Shown here: in pieces, positions 49,945 through 58,804 of the stretch
Numbering within the stretch: position 1 is the stretch's first letter
Layout: each line of letters begins with the position of its first letter
Assembly (NCBI GenBank): GCA_965243025.1
Contig: CBDETY010000003.1
Location: 5,312,001-5,376,000 of the forward strand
From: Candidatus Latescibacterota bacterium
Lineage (GTDB): Bacteria; Latescibacterota; UBA2968; UBA8231
Length of the DNA: 64,000 nucleotides
Direction: 5' to 3'
Position numbers and translations under genes: made by a program
Notes under the pieces: generated by a model
Seen by the model: the letters and a program-made list of their open reading frames with translations, nothing else
Databases searched by the model: none
Told to the model about the DNA's origin: nothing

Positions 49945-51051
49945 TCATGGCTGTATGTACAACGGTAAGGCCTTCTTGGTTTCACCCCAACTCCGGGGTT
50001 CGACTCGGGTGGGATGAGAAGAAAGACCAGAAACGTCAATCACAATTAAACGGGGACCGCGAAAAAAGGCGATCTTGTCTCCCCGGGGGCTCCACTCGGG
50101 AACCCGTTCCTGTTCTTCAGAATGGGTTATTCGGGTCAGCCCCGTTCCATCCGATCCAACGATGAATATCTCTTGATTGTTCCTTTCCATCCTTCCCGCA
50201 AAAACCAGGCGCCGGCCATCAGGAGACCATGAAGGGAACGAGACAGATTCCATGTCGGTTACTTTCGCTGTACTGGCATGGTACTCCCAACTACGGCGAT
50301 CCAGCGAAAGATCTATCATGTGAATCCCAACATCCAAGCCCAGGTGACTCAACCGGTATTTTGGATCCGATTCTTTGCCGGGCACGGGAAATGCCAATTT
50401 TTCAGATGCTGGCGACCATACGCCTCTATACTGCAATGGGGTGCCAGGATTGAACTTTATCTCCGGGTTCCCTACCCTCGAATCGACGTGCGATTTTTTT
50501 TTCAGATCGATAAGGTGTTCTGAAGTTCCCTCCGGGATAAGGTTCCAGACTTCATACGCAATACCCATGGGCCACCAGGCGTATATGTCGAGCGGCTCAA
50601 TGAAAGGGCCCCATACTTCGAAAGCTTCCCTCGGATTGTCTCCATTGGAATCTGCCAGGTGAACAACCATCGCATCCAATTTATGGCCCCTGTCGTTTAC
50701 CTGTTTTCTCGTCGAGAAGGCAAAGCGAGTGCCGTCGGGTGACCACAGAGGAGTTTGTCCTGTGGCCACCGGGAGGGGGTCCGAGCCGTCAGCGTTGACA
50801 AGGAAGATCCTTCCTGAGAGAACGAACAAGATCTGATCGCTGGTTGGAGACCATTTCGGCGCCCATCCAACGCCGATCTCGATGCTTTGTAAGGCATCCA
50901 CATCGACAACGGTGAGGTTGAAATTGAGCGAGTGAACCAGCCTGTCCCCTTTGGGCGACCACGATATCGATTGACCTTGGGCCGCGGAGTTGAAAGCGAA
51001 CAGGAAGACCAGGAAGGTGTTTCGGAGGGGTCCCAACTTCCGTTTTTCCAT
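49945..51051 (-). CDS. Exported TolB-like (PD40) beta-propeller with WGxxK tail
   Basis: signal-like segment FLVFLFAFNSAAQG; WSPxG repeats; ends TRVEPRSWGETKK...; ORF open to 51171, start uncertain. Confidence 0.85.
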   Translation of the reverse strand: MEKRKLGPLRNTFLVFLFAFNSAAQGQSISWSPKGDRLVHSLNFNLTVVDVDALQSIEIGVGWAPKWSPTSDQILFVLSGRIFLVNADGSDPLPVATGQTPLWSPDGTRFAFSTRKQVNDRGHKLDAMVVHLADSNGDNPREAFEVWGPFIEPLDIYAWWPMGIAYEVWNLIPEGTSEHLIDLKKKSHVDSRVGNPEIKFNPGTPLQYRGVWSPASEKLAFPVPGKESDPKYRLSHLGLDVGIHMIDLSLDRRSWEYHASTAKVTDMESVSFPSWSPDGRRLVFAGRMERNNQEIFIVGSDGTGLTRITHSEEQERVPEWSPRGDKIAFFRGPRLIVIDVSGLSSHPTRVEPRSWGETKKALPLYIQP

Positions 51052-51205
51052 GCTCAAGCCAATTCTCAAATCTGAGGTTACCCCGGCCGGAATTCCGGGG
51101 GATATGGGCCCTTTGATTTCGGCATGGTTGGACATCCTCCTTTTCTCTTCTTCAAGAAATGAAGTGTCCACGAAATCGGGTCAACTCCTGTCTAAATTCC
51201 CTGGA

Positions 51206-51252
51206 GAAAGCAGAAAGGCCGTCCGCTCCGCCCGGATGGCCTTTCTGCTTTC
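51206..51252. terminator. Strong hairpin between tandem propeller genes
   Basis: gaaagcagaaaggccgtccg / cggatggcctttctgctttc 20-bp stem. Confidence 0.65.
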
Positions 51253-51268
51253 CCACCATCAGAGCCGG

Positions 51269-52345
51269 TCAACGAGGCTGATTTTTGAGAGTGCCCCATC
51301 CGGTGGACTCGACTCCGGACGCAATAAGAGGGTCTACGTCTATCCACTCCACAGACCCGGTACAGGAGTCGCAGTAGTAGGCGATCTTGTTTCCAGTCGG
51401 ACTCCAACTGGGCTGGGAATCCCAGCCGGGCCGGGCTGTCAGGCGCGTCAGGCCCGAGCCGTCTGCGCCGACAATGGATATCTTCCGGGCATCGTCTTCT
51501 TCTATCCAGTGATTGATAGCCAAGTACCTGCCATCGGGAGACCAGGCAGGTCTGAAAAGGCCGGTCAAGTCGGTAACCTTGAAAACGTCGCCTTGGCGAA
51601 TCCTGTTATCCATCTGCTCGAAACTCCCCGAACCATCTACTACATAGGTGCCGTTTTCAAGCAGGGGCGTAGGTCCAGGAAATTCCTTTGCAAAATCTTC
51701 ATCTGCAAAAAAGGCCAACTTGCCCGAGGCCCCCGACCAACTTGCCGTATATGGTACCCACCCACGATTTCCTGTTTCCGGATCAAACACTTCTGAATTG
51801 TATTCATGGAACTCTATATTTCCCCAAAAATGTCTGAAATTGATACCTATGGACCACCAGGCGCTGATACCTGATACCCCTTCGCAAAGCAGGGAATGCT
51901 CCTGCCGGTTTCCTCCATCCTCATCCTGGATAACTACCACGAACTCAGGTTGGTAGCCGGTGTCGTAGCATCTTGCCTGTCGTATGAAGGAAAAGGCAAG
52001 GCGTCTGCCATCAGGAGACCAATGGGGGGACCCACCTGTTTCTGCTATCAGGCGGCGGTCCGTGCCGTCTGCATTGATGACAAACACAGGCCCCGGAGGC
52101 TCAGGCCAGGAATCGACGACGACGAACAGAATCCGATCGCCTGCCGGAGACCAATTCGGACCAGATCCCCTGCCGAGAGAAAGGGATTGACGGGTGTGGA
52201 CGTCAACGACCGTGAGTTCCTGTTCTTCCGGGAGCGAATAAACCAACCGGTCTCCTTGGGGAGACCATGAGATTGGTGTATTGGCTGCAAGCGGACAGAG
52301 GAGGACGATGACGATCAGTGTGCAGGAAACGATTTGGACAATCAT
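51269..52345 (-). CDS. Exported TolB-like (PD40) beta-propeller with WGxxK tail
   Basis: hydrophobic signal peptide; WSPxG repeats; ends SGVESTGWGTLKNQPR. Confidence 0.85.
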   Translation of the reverse strand: MIVQIVSCTLIVIVLLCPLAANTPISWSPQGDRLVYSLPEEQELTVVDVHTRQSLSLGRGSGPNWSPAGDRILFVVVDSWPEPPGPVFVINADGTDRRLIAETGGSPHWSPDGRRLAFSFIRQARCYDTGYQPEFVVVIQDEDGGNRQEHSLLCEGVSGISAWWSIGINFRHFWGNIEFHEYNSEVFDPETGNRGWVPYTASWSGASGKLAFFADEDFAKEFPGPTPLLENGTYVVDGSGSFEQMDNRIRQGDVFKVTDLTGLFRPAWSPDGRYLAINHWIEEDDARKISIVGADGSGLTRLTARPGWDSQPSWSPTGNKIAYYCDSCTGSVEWIDVDPLIASGVESTGWGTLKNQPR

Positions 52346-52514
52346 TATCATCCTGTTTCGGTCTGTTATAAAAAAGAATGAAAAAAAACCAACTCCTTGT
52401 AAGGGAGGTAAACTACCGAGTGGCCTCCGTAATATCATACTTTTGGACCGTCACAGGCAACGCCCTTTACTGACCGCCCGAACCGCCGCTATCATTATCC
52501 GCCATGCCCCCGAC

Positions 52515-52737
52515 CATGGACGCGAACAGGATCTGCGAGCTGCACGTACACATCGGCGGCTGTTTTACGCCGAGGATCTGATCCGCTTCGGCCGCGGCGT
52601 TTTCGAACAGGTCGACTGGACCAGCTTCTGCGACAGGTACGAGCACGCCTACGGCGAGGGGCCCGACGTTGCCCGACTGTATCGGAACGCCCTGTCGGGG
52701 TCCCCCGGCGGCGCCGACGGCTTCTGCCGCCACTTCT
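52515..52737 (+). pseudogene. Frameshifted duplicate of the 5' end of the deaminase gene at 56842
   Basis: near-identical to about 56850-57069; T4 instead of T5 at about 52563; fused to island repeat copy 2. Confidence 0.88.
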
Positions 52738-52915
52738 GCAAGAATAAAGTGGCGGAATTGTTCGAAGTCTTCGACCGGGAGCAGACGTTCCGGGTTCTGG
52801 AGCTCGTGATTGACGATGGCATGCCCGTCCGCATGACCGTGGCGGACGGGGAACGGACCTGAATCCGGCCCCCAGGCAATAGACACGGTCTCACACCAGA
52901 CAACCGGCTGGCCGC

Positions 52916-52979
52916 AGAAGCGGAGGTCGTTGTGGGTGTCGCCGAACCGGCGCCTCACAAGGCTTCCGCTTCTTTGTTT
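52916..52979 (+). promoter_or_regulatory. Long hairpin leader, copy 2
   Basis: same stem as copy 1; single change in the loop (ccaaac to ccgaac). Confidence 0.55.
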
Positions 52980-53043
52980 GAGGCGGCCTTGCCGGTCCAG
53001 GTCGACCCCTGCGCCCGCTTCTGCCCGGCCCGGAGGAGGCGCA

Positions 53044-53634
53044 ATGAGTTTGGACGCCTGGCAAGGCGGCATCGACCGCTATGCCGTTCAGCACATCCGG
53101 TTCAAGGCCCGGCAGCTGGCCGGGCAGGCAGGTTTCGGGGTCAGCGAGCGCAAGGACCTGGAACAGGAGCTGTTCCTGGACCTGTTGACCCGGCTTCCCC
53201 AGTACGACCCCGAGCGCGGGCGGCGCACCACCTTCATCTCCCGGGTGGTGGCCAACCGGGTTTCCACCCTGATCGAGTCACAGAAGGCGGGTTTGCGGGA
53301 TTACCGTCTCCGCGGCGGTTCGTTGAACGAGTGCCTGGAGGACGATGAAGGGCGTACGGTGGAGCGGCTGGACAGCCTGGATGGGGAGGACCACCTGCTG
53401 CGCACCGGGGCGGTGTCGCGGCCGTGGGAGGAGCGGCAGGCCCTGGCCATCGATCTGGCGGCGCTGATGGAAACCCTTCCGCCGGAGTGGCGCATGCTGT
53501 GCCGCCGTTTGAGAGTGGAGACGGTCTCGGAGATTTCCCGGGATACGGGGATTGCGCGGGGGACAATTTACGAGTGGATGGGGAAGCTGCGGCAGGTCTT
53601 TGAGGAGGCGGGCCTGAGGGAGTACCTCGATTAG
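53044..53634 (+). CDS. Sigma-70/ECF-like RNA polymerase sigma factor (intact)
   Basis: region 2-like KDLEQELFLDLL...YDPERGRRTTFISRVV; region 4 HTH TVSEISRDTGIARGTIY; GGAGGAGG RBS. Confidence 0.85.
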   Translation: MSLDAWQGGIDRYAVQHIRFKARQLAGQAGFGVSERKDLEQELFLDLLTRLPQYDPERGRRTTFISRVVANRVSTLIESQKAGLRDYRLRGGSLNECLEDDEGRTVERLDSLDGEDHLLRTGAVSRPWEERQALAIDLAALMETLPPEWRMLCRRLRVETVSEISRDTGIARGTIYEWMGKLRQVFEEAGLREYLD

Positions 53635-53737
53635 GTGGTACCGAAGTTCGGGCTTCTATAGGAAGGGTGGGCTACATGGCGCGTGGACTCCAGTGGGTCG
53701 TCGATTCGAGATAGGTCGGGAAAAGAGGGAAGGAATT

Positions 53738-53763
53738 CCGACACAATGCTTGAGGTTCCGGTA
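53738..53763 (+). promoter_or_regulatory. CCGACAC-N13-CCGGTA motif, copy 5
   Basis: upstream of 53998 gene. Confidence 0.65.
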
Positions 53764-53997
53764 AGAAACAAGTGCATCCAACAAAATCACGACTAGGCAG
53801 CCAAGTAAAAAAATGCTGCGGGTCTCGTTTACTGGCCAACACGAAAGGAGAGGATGATCCAATTGGGAATTATATACCAAAGTCATCAGAGGAAAATATA
53901 TATATATGAAATGAATACACACTAAACGATGCATTGAGGCAGGTTGTTTTTTTTTCCGATCCCAACGTAGCACACAACTCGAAAAAGGAACAAAAAA

Positions 53998-55179
53998 ATG
54001 AGACTTCTCCACCGACCCGGAAGCATGAAGAACCTGGGTATAGCCTCCCTGCGGGATCAGGGATTTGACACATTCCAGTCCGGGGCCAAACCCGACGAGG
54101 CCGGGGGTGTGGATGACATCTGGACCAGAATGCAAAACGAGGTTTCCGCCTTCGATGACGAGGACCCTCTGGACATCTACTGGGCCCTCAACCTCGAAGG
54201 AGACTCCCATGTGTTTCCCAACGGGTACACTTGGAAGGGGATGCAGTTGGAGACGTACGACAGAAACGGGTTTTATGATTCTCCCAGCCACCAGTTCTAC
54301 TCCGACGTCCGCACGATCGTTACCGACCTGAGAGACTCCTCTCGGGCCGGGACCCGACTGAAGGGAATACGGTGGAATCACGAATACCGTCCCGTGGTGT
54401 GGAAACTCGGCACCGATTGGGCCACGTACGCCATGGAGCACAACCCGGAAGATTTCCAGACTGTAGCCGTGCACCGAGCAACCGAATGGGAATATTATCG
54501 CAGGGCTTGCGCTCCCTACACCAACGTGATCGATGACCACAAGCTGGGCAGCAAAGACGCCTACGACGGGCCGGACTGGGCGCCATGGAACGGTTCCAAC
54601 TACGTCGCGGTCAAAAGGCTCTACAAGGATCTGGTTCATTTTCAGGCCAATTGTCAGGCAAAGATGATCGGGCACATAGCCACCATCCTCGGTACTATCG
54701 ACTCGAGTCTCAGGCTGATCGTCTTTCCGCCGGCGCAAGGACCTTCCGATTGGGGCTTGAAGGAGAATACTCTGGACCTGACCCGGAACAGCCTCGCTGC
54801 CAGAACAAACATCAAATGGGAGTTCACCGACCAAGACGGCCTCGGCGACGGACATATCGTCAACTACAAGGCATGGGCAAGACAGGCCATGGACGCTCAT
54901 GACCACGTCGAGTATTTCTTCACCCTGAAGCAGCTGATCAGTGCGGACGATTTCCAGCAACGGCTCGACAGGGTGGAGAAGCACGTGGCCAACTGCTTCT
55001 TCAAAGACGAAGACGGGAATGCTCTTCCAGGCACAAGTGATCTGGACAGACCCTGGAACGAGAGCTTCGGATTCTGGAGCCGGTGGCTCTCTTCTAACGC
55101 TGGCAACCCCAACATTTCCGTGGCCCAGCAGACGGAATATGCTCAGGAACTGAGAGACGCGCTGAACGAGCACGGCTAG
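53998..55179 (+). CDS. Uncharacterised 'GIRWNHE' protein, paralogue 3
   Basis: 393 aa; colinear with paralogue 1 from MRLLHRP to ALNEHG. Confidence 0.85.
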   Translation: MRLLHRPGSMKNLGIASLRDQGFDTFQSGAKPDEAGGVDDIWTRMQNEVSAFDDEDPLDIYWALNLEGDSHVFPNGYTWKGMQLETYDRNGFYDSPSHQFYSDVRTIVTDLRDSSRAGTRLKGIRWNHEYRPVVWKLGTDWATYAMEHNPEDFQTVAVHRATEWEYYRRACAPYTNVIDDHKLGSKDAYDGPDWAPWNGSNYVAVKRLYKDLVHFQANCQAKMIGHIATILGTIDSSLRLIVFPPAQGPSDWGLKENTLDLTRNSLAARTNIKWEFTDQDGLGDGHIVNYKAWARQAMDAHDHVEYFFTLKQLISADDFQQRLDRVEKHVANCFFKDEDGNALPGTSDLDRPWNESFGFWSRWLSSNAGNPNISVAQQTEYAQELRDALNEHG

Positions 55180-55204
55180 CAGGTTCCGTTTCTTATGGGG
55201 AACG

Positions 55205-55242
55205 AAAAGGGGGTGGCTGTGTCCCCAGCCACTCCCGTTTTT
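55205..55242. terminator. Bidirectional intrinsic terminator
   Basis: aaaa-gggggtggctg / cagccactccc-gttttt. Confidence 0.75.
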
Positions 55243-55257
55243 ATTCAGATTGCTTTT

Positions 55258-56322
55258 TCATTCCATGGGCAAAGCCAGCGACTTCTTGATTTCGCCCCAG
55301 CTGCTTGGCCTGATTCCGGTGGGCGTATCTACCTGCACGAACTTCAGGATACGACGCAGCGCCTGCCGGTCTGTCTGGCTGAAGTAGGCGATCTGATCGC
55401 CGGCAGGGCTCCAGTAGACTCCGACCTTATGTTGCGAATCGAACGTCAGGTGCCTGATCTGCTGAAGCGAATCACCTGAAGCAACGAGGATCTGTCCCTC
55501 GAGACTGAATGCCAGCCGTTGGCCGTCGGGAGACCAGGAAGAATTGGTATATCCCAGGTTTTGACCGATTTCCCACGGTGTCCCGCGCAGCTCCTTTACG
55601 AAGAGTCCGTGGGGGGGGACCCAATCGTCAGGCATCCCGAGCTCGGCATTCGAGAAAGCGTAGGTTTGTGTCCTGAAGTGATAGGCCAATCGTGAAGTGG
55701 CTGCCGACCAGCTCATGCTTCCGGGGCTGCATTCTGCTCCATCCACCACTCGCCGGTACGGATCCGGATCCGAATCCGGATCCAGAATCCTCGTGGATTT
55801 GTGCTCGGATGCACGTATCGCCCATCCATCCACGGATTGGTAGACGATTCCCAGCGACCACCAGTCGGTCACGTCGTAATCGAGGCGGTCCAGGACGACT
55901 TTCTTGTGGAGTTCTCCTTCGAGGTTTTCTATGAAGATCACCGGGGCGGGTTCTTCGTATTCCGAGTTTCTAACGGGCAGAAGCTGGGATTGCCAGTAGG
56001 CATAGCGGTCTCCGGACGGGGACCATCCCACCGCCTTGCCCTCCCCGATTCGTCGACGCCCCGAACCGCCCGCCTGCACGATGAACGTCTCCCACGTCAG
56101 TGTATTCCCCGTCCTGCTCTTGAGGGTGAACAAGATCTGGTCTCCGACCGGCGACCACGTCGGATCAGACCCGGGTCCGATGGAAGTGACCTGATGGCTG
56201 TAGGCGTCCACCACGAACAGCTCTTCTTCATCCACATATACCAGGCGATCTCCTTGCGGAGACCACGAAAGTTTTTCTGCCGAAACAGAAGTCGCGGCAA
56301 TGACTAGCAGAACAGTAATCAT
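55258..56322 (-). CDS. Exported TolB-like (PD40) beta-propeller with WGxxK tail
   Basis: signal peptide MITVLLVIAATSVSA; shares LDYDVTxWWSxGI with 42317 product; ends TGIRPSSWGEIKK. Confidence 0.85.
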   Translation of the reverse strand: MITVLLVIAATSVSAEKLSWSPQGDRLVYVDEEELFVVDAYSHQVTSIGPGSDPTWSPVGDQILFTLKSRTGNTLTWETFIVQAGGSGRRRIGEGKAVGWSPSGDRYAYWQSQLLPVRNSEYEEPAPVIFIENLEGELHKKVVLDRLDYDVTDWWSLGIVYQSVDGWAIRASEHKSTRILDPDSDPDPYRRVVDGAECSPGSMSWSAATSRLAYHFRTQTYAFSNAELGMPDDWVPPHGLFVKELRGTPWEIGQNLGYTNSSWSPDGQRLAFSLEGQILVASGDSLQQIRHLTFDSQHKVGVYWSPAGDQIAYFSQTDRQALRRILKFVQVDTPTGIRPSSWGEIKKSLALPME

Positions 56323-56364
56323 TTGGGTGTCCCATTTCCTGGGAACTGTAAGCCGTTGTGGTGT

Positions 56365-56760
56365 AGGGAGTTGCGATCTTAAAAAAACTAGCGTAGGACC
56401 CCTGTGATGCCTAACATTGAGTATCGAACTTCATGTACGGCTCCCCGGAAAGGGCACAAAGGTCCTACGATGCGAAATGTACGATCAAGAAGCGCTGGTG
56501 GCACAGGCACAGCAGGGGTTTGAGCAGCTGGAGACCTTCGTGGTAGAAGGAGCAGCCGGGCAGGAACTGCATGAGGTGGATCTCAAGTAGATATATGATT
56601 GAGTTGGGTGCTGCTTAATGGCTGGGGCACAGGCTGCTCATGGCGCAGATGCGCCAGGGCCGTGCGCGTGACTGGGCTCATTGCGCGCTGACTACCGTCG
56701 GCGAAGCCTGTCGAGCCGTGTCGCGAGAAACGCTCAGTTAGACCATCTTCCGGGTAGCGG
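56365..56760 (+). mobile_element. Possible decayed IS transposase 5' remnant (ISKra4-like)
   Basis: short ORF MYDQEALVAQAQQGFEQLETFVVEGAAGQELHEVD at 56477 then LGHRLL in another frame, recalled as similar to ISKra4 N-termini; broken by stops. Confidence 0.3.
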
Positions 56761-56841
56761 ACCAAGCTACAATAGGGGTCAAAAGGGGTCAAACTTTTTC
56801 AGGTTCCTTTTTTTTCAGGTTCCTTTAAGGTTTAAAGGACC

Positions 56842-58197
56842 ATGCATCTGGACGCGAACAGGACCTGCGAGCTGCACGTACACATCGGCGGCTGTTTTTA
56901 CGCCGAAGATCTGATCCGCTTCGGTAGCGGCGTTTACGACCAGGTCGACTGGACCAGCTTCTGCGACAGGTACGAGCACGCCTACGGCGAGCGGCCCGAC
57001 GTTGCCCGACTGTATCGGGACGCCCTGTCGGGGTCCCCAGGCGGCGCCGACGGCTTCCGCCGCCACTTCGTGTACACCCCCGAGGACGGCCCGGACTTCC
57101 ACCGATTCCTCGCCAAGTTCCAGTTTTTCCTTTGCCTCGCCCGCCACTATGCGGCGGTCGGCAGGGAAAGCGAGCTGTTCGCCGCGGCTGTCGAGCGCCA
57201 CCGCTCCGAAGGTCTGCAGTACGTCGAGTACCGGGCCATGGACAACCGCGGCGTCGGCAACCCCGATGGGTTCCTCTCCTTCCACAGGGTCAACGCCGAG
57301 ATCATCCGCCGGGCTTCCGCCCGCGGCTTCACCGGCCGCTACGTGATCTCGCTGCCGCGCTGGGAGCCCCTGGAAGCCTATGCGCTGGTGCAGCGTCTGC
57401 TCGACCAGTCCCCCGAGCTGGTCGACACCGTGGTCGGCCTCGACTTCTGCCACGTCGAGGAGGGGTTCCCGCCGAAGAGCGCCAGGCCCCTGTTCGACCG
57501 GGTCGCCGCCGACAACGTCCGGCGTCCCGGGCGCGCCCTCGAGATCGTCTACCACGTCGGGGAGTCGTACTACGACAAGTCGCTGGAGAGCGCGGTGCGC
57601 TGGTGCCACGAGGCCGCCGACCTTGGGGCCCGCCGGCTCGGCCACTGCCTGGCCCTCGGCCTCGACCCGGCGATCGCCGTTGGCCGCCGCCCGCGCGCCC
57701 ACGAGGAGGAGCCGGTCTCGGAGCGGCTCGACCAGATCGGCTACGACATCGCCCATGCCGGGGCCCTGCGCAGGTACGGTATCGGGGTCGACGAACAGGC
57801 CCTGGAAAGGGAGAGGTCGGAGCTGCGCCGGAAGGAGGCGGGGGACCTGGTATCGCAACCCTACGACTGGGGCCGGCTGGAGGCGGTCAGGAAACGGCAG
57901 AGGTTCGCCCTCGACGCCGTAGCGAAGTCGGGAGTCGTGATCGAGACCTGCCCGACCTCCAACCTCTGCATAGGGGGGGTGCCGGACCCGGAGGCCCACC
58001 CGGTGCGGCGGTTTCTCGAGTCCGGGGTGAACCTCGTGGTCGCCGCCGACGACCCGGGGATCTTCGATTCCCCCCTGGCCGCCGAGGTCGACTGGGTGCT
58101 GCGCCACTCGGGGATGGATGCCGCCGGACTGGCGGCGCGCCTCGGGGACCCGAGGCGGTTCAGGCTGGGCGGGCGGCGCCCGGGTCCGGCAGGTTGA
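56842..58197 (+). CDS. Adenosine/AMP deaminase family metallohydrolase
   Basis: ELHVHIGG, HVGE, RRLGH, ETCPTSN, ADDPGIF. Confidence 0.88.
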   Translation: MHLDANRTCELHVHIGGCFYAEDLIRFGSGVYDQVDWTSFCDRYEHAYGERPDVARLYRDALSGSPGGADGFRRHFVYTPEDGPDFHRFLAKFQFFLCLARHYAAVGRESELFAAAVERHRSEGLQYVEYRAMDNRGVGNPDGFLSFHRVNAEIIRRASARGFTGRYVISLPRWEPLEAYALVQRLLDQSPELVDTVVGLDFCHVEEGFPPKSARPLFDRVAADNVRRPGRALEIVYHVGESYYDKSLESAVRWCHEAADLGARRLGHCLALGLDPAIAVGRRPRAHEEEPVSERLDQIGYDIAHAGALRRYGIGVDEQALERERSELRRKEAGDLVSQPYDWGRLEAVRKRQRFALDAVAKSGVVIETCPTSNLCIGGVPDPEAHPVRRFLESGVNLVVAADDPGIFDSPLAAEVDWVLRHSGMDAAGLAARLGDPRRFRLGGRRPGPAG

Positions 58198-58789
58198 TCT
58201 CCCCCGCGGCGATTCTCCGCAGGGTGTCGGGGAACAGGCGGTGCTCCTGTTCCAGGACGCGCGCCGCCAGGGTTTCCGGGGTGTCCCCGGCCAGCACCGG
58301 AACCCGGACCCGGGCAAGCACCGGGCCGTGGTCGTAGAGCTCGTCGACGAGGTGCACGGTGGCCCCGGTCTCGGTATCGCCGGAGGCGAGCACCGCCTCG
58401 TGCACCGCCCCGCCGTAGAACCCGCGGCCCCCGTATTTCGGCAGCAGCGCCGGATGGATGTTGAGGACGCGGCCCTCGAAGGCACGCAGGGTGCGCGGGC
58501 CGACCAGCTTCATGTACCCCGCCAGGCAGACGAGGTCGGCGCCGCAGCGGCCCAGCACCGAGGCGATGGCTGCATCGAGCGCGTCCGGGTCGGGGTGGGT
58601 GCGGCTGCTCAGGTGAAACGCCGGGATCCCCTGGCGGCGGGCCCGCTCCAGCGCCCGGGACCGCGAGTTGTTTCCGACCGCGACCACCGGCTCGGCGGGC
58701 AGGCGCCCGTCCCTGCAGGCGTCGACGATCGCCTGCATGTTGGTGCCGCTGCCGGAAGCGAGGAACCCGAGCTTCATGTCCGCGCGCAT
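58160..58789 (-). CDS. purN: Phosphoribosylglycinamide formyltransferase
   Basis: ASGSGTNMQA, LAGYM, LNIHPALLP, GATVHLV, DHGPV. Confidence 0.96.
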   Translation of the reverse strand: MRADMKLGFLASGSGTNMQAIVDACRDGRLPAEPVVAVGNNSRSRALERARRQGIPAFHLSSRTHPDPDALDAAIASVLGRCGADLVCLAGYMKLVGPRTLRAFEGRVLNIHPALLPKYGGRGFYGGAVHEAVLASGDTETGATVHLVDELYDHGPVLARVRVPVLAGDTPETLAARVLEQEHRLFPDTLRRIAAGEINLPDPGAARPA

Positions 58790-58804
58790 TCGGCGGAGCC
58801 GCGG

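Larger units (their letters stand above)
52746..53785 (+). repeat. About 1 kb direct repeat, copy 2
   Basis: matches 46444-47480. Confidence 0.9.
40343..56840. mobile_element. Lower-GC accessory island / degenerate element without recognisable integrase
   Basis: visible drop in GC and codon bias, internal duplications, paralogous cargo, pseudogenes; boundaries approximate. Confidence 0.65.

Noticed and set aside
40343-56840. Intact prophage, integron, CRISPR array or diversity-generating retroelement
   Set aside because: No integrase, structural genes, attC-like array, repeat-spacer array or reverse transcriptase; repeat differences are not adenine-specific
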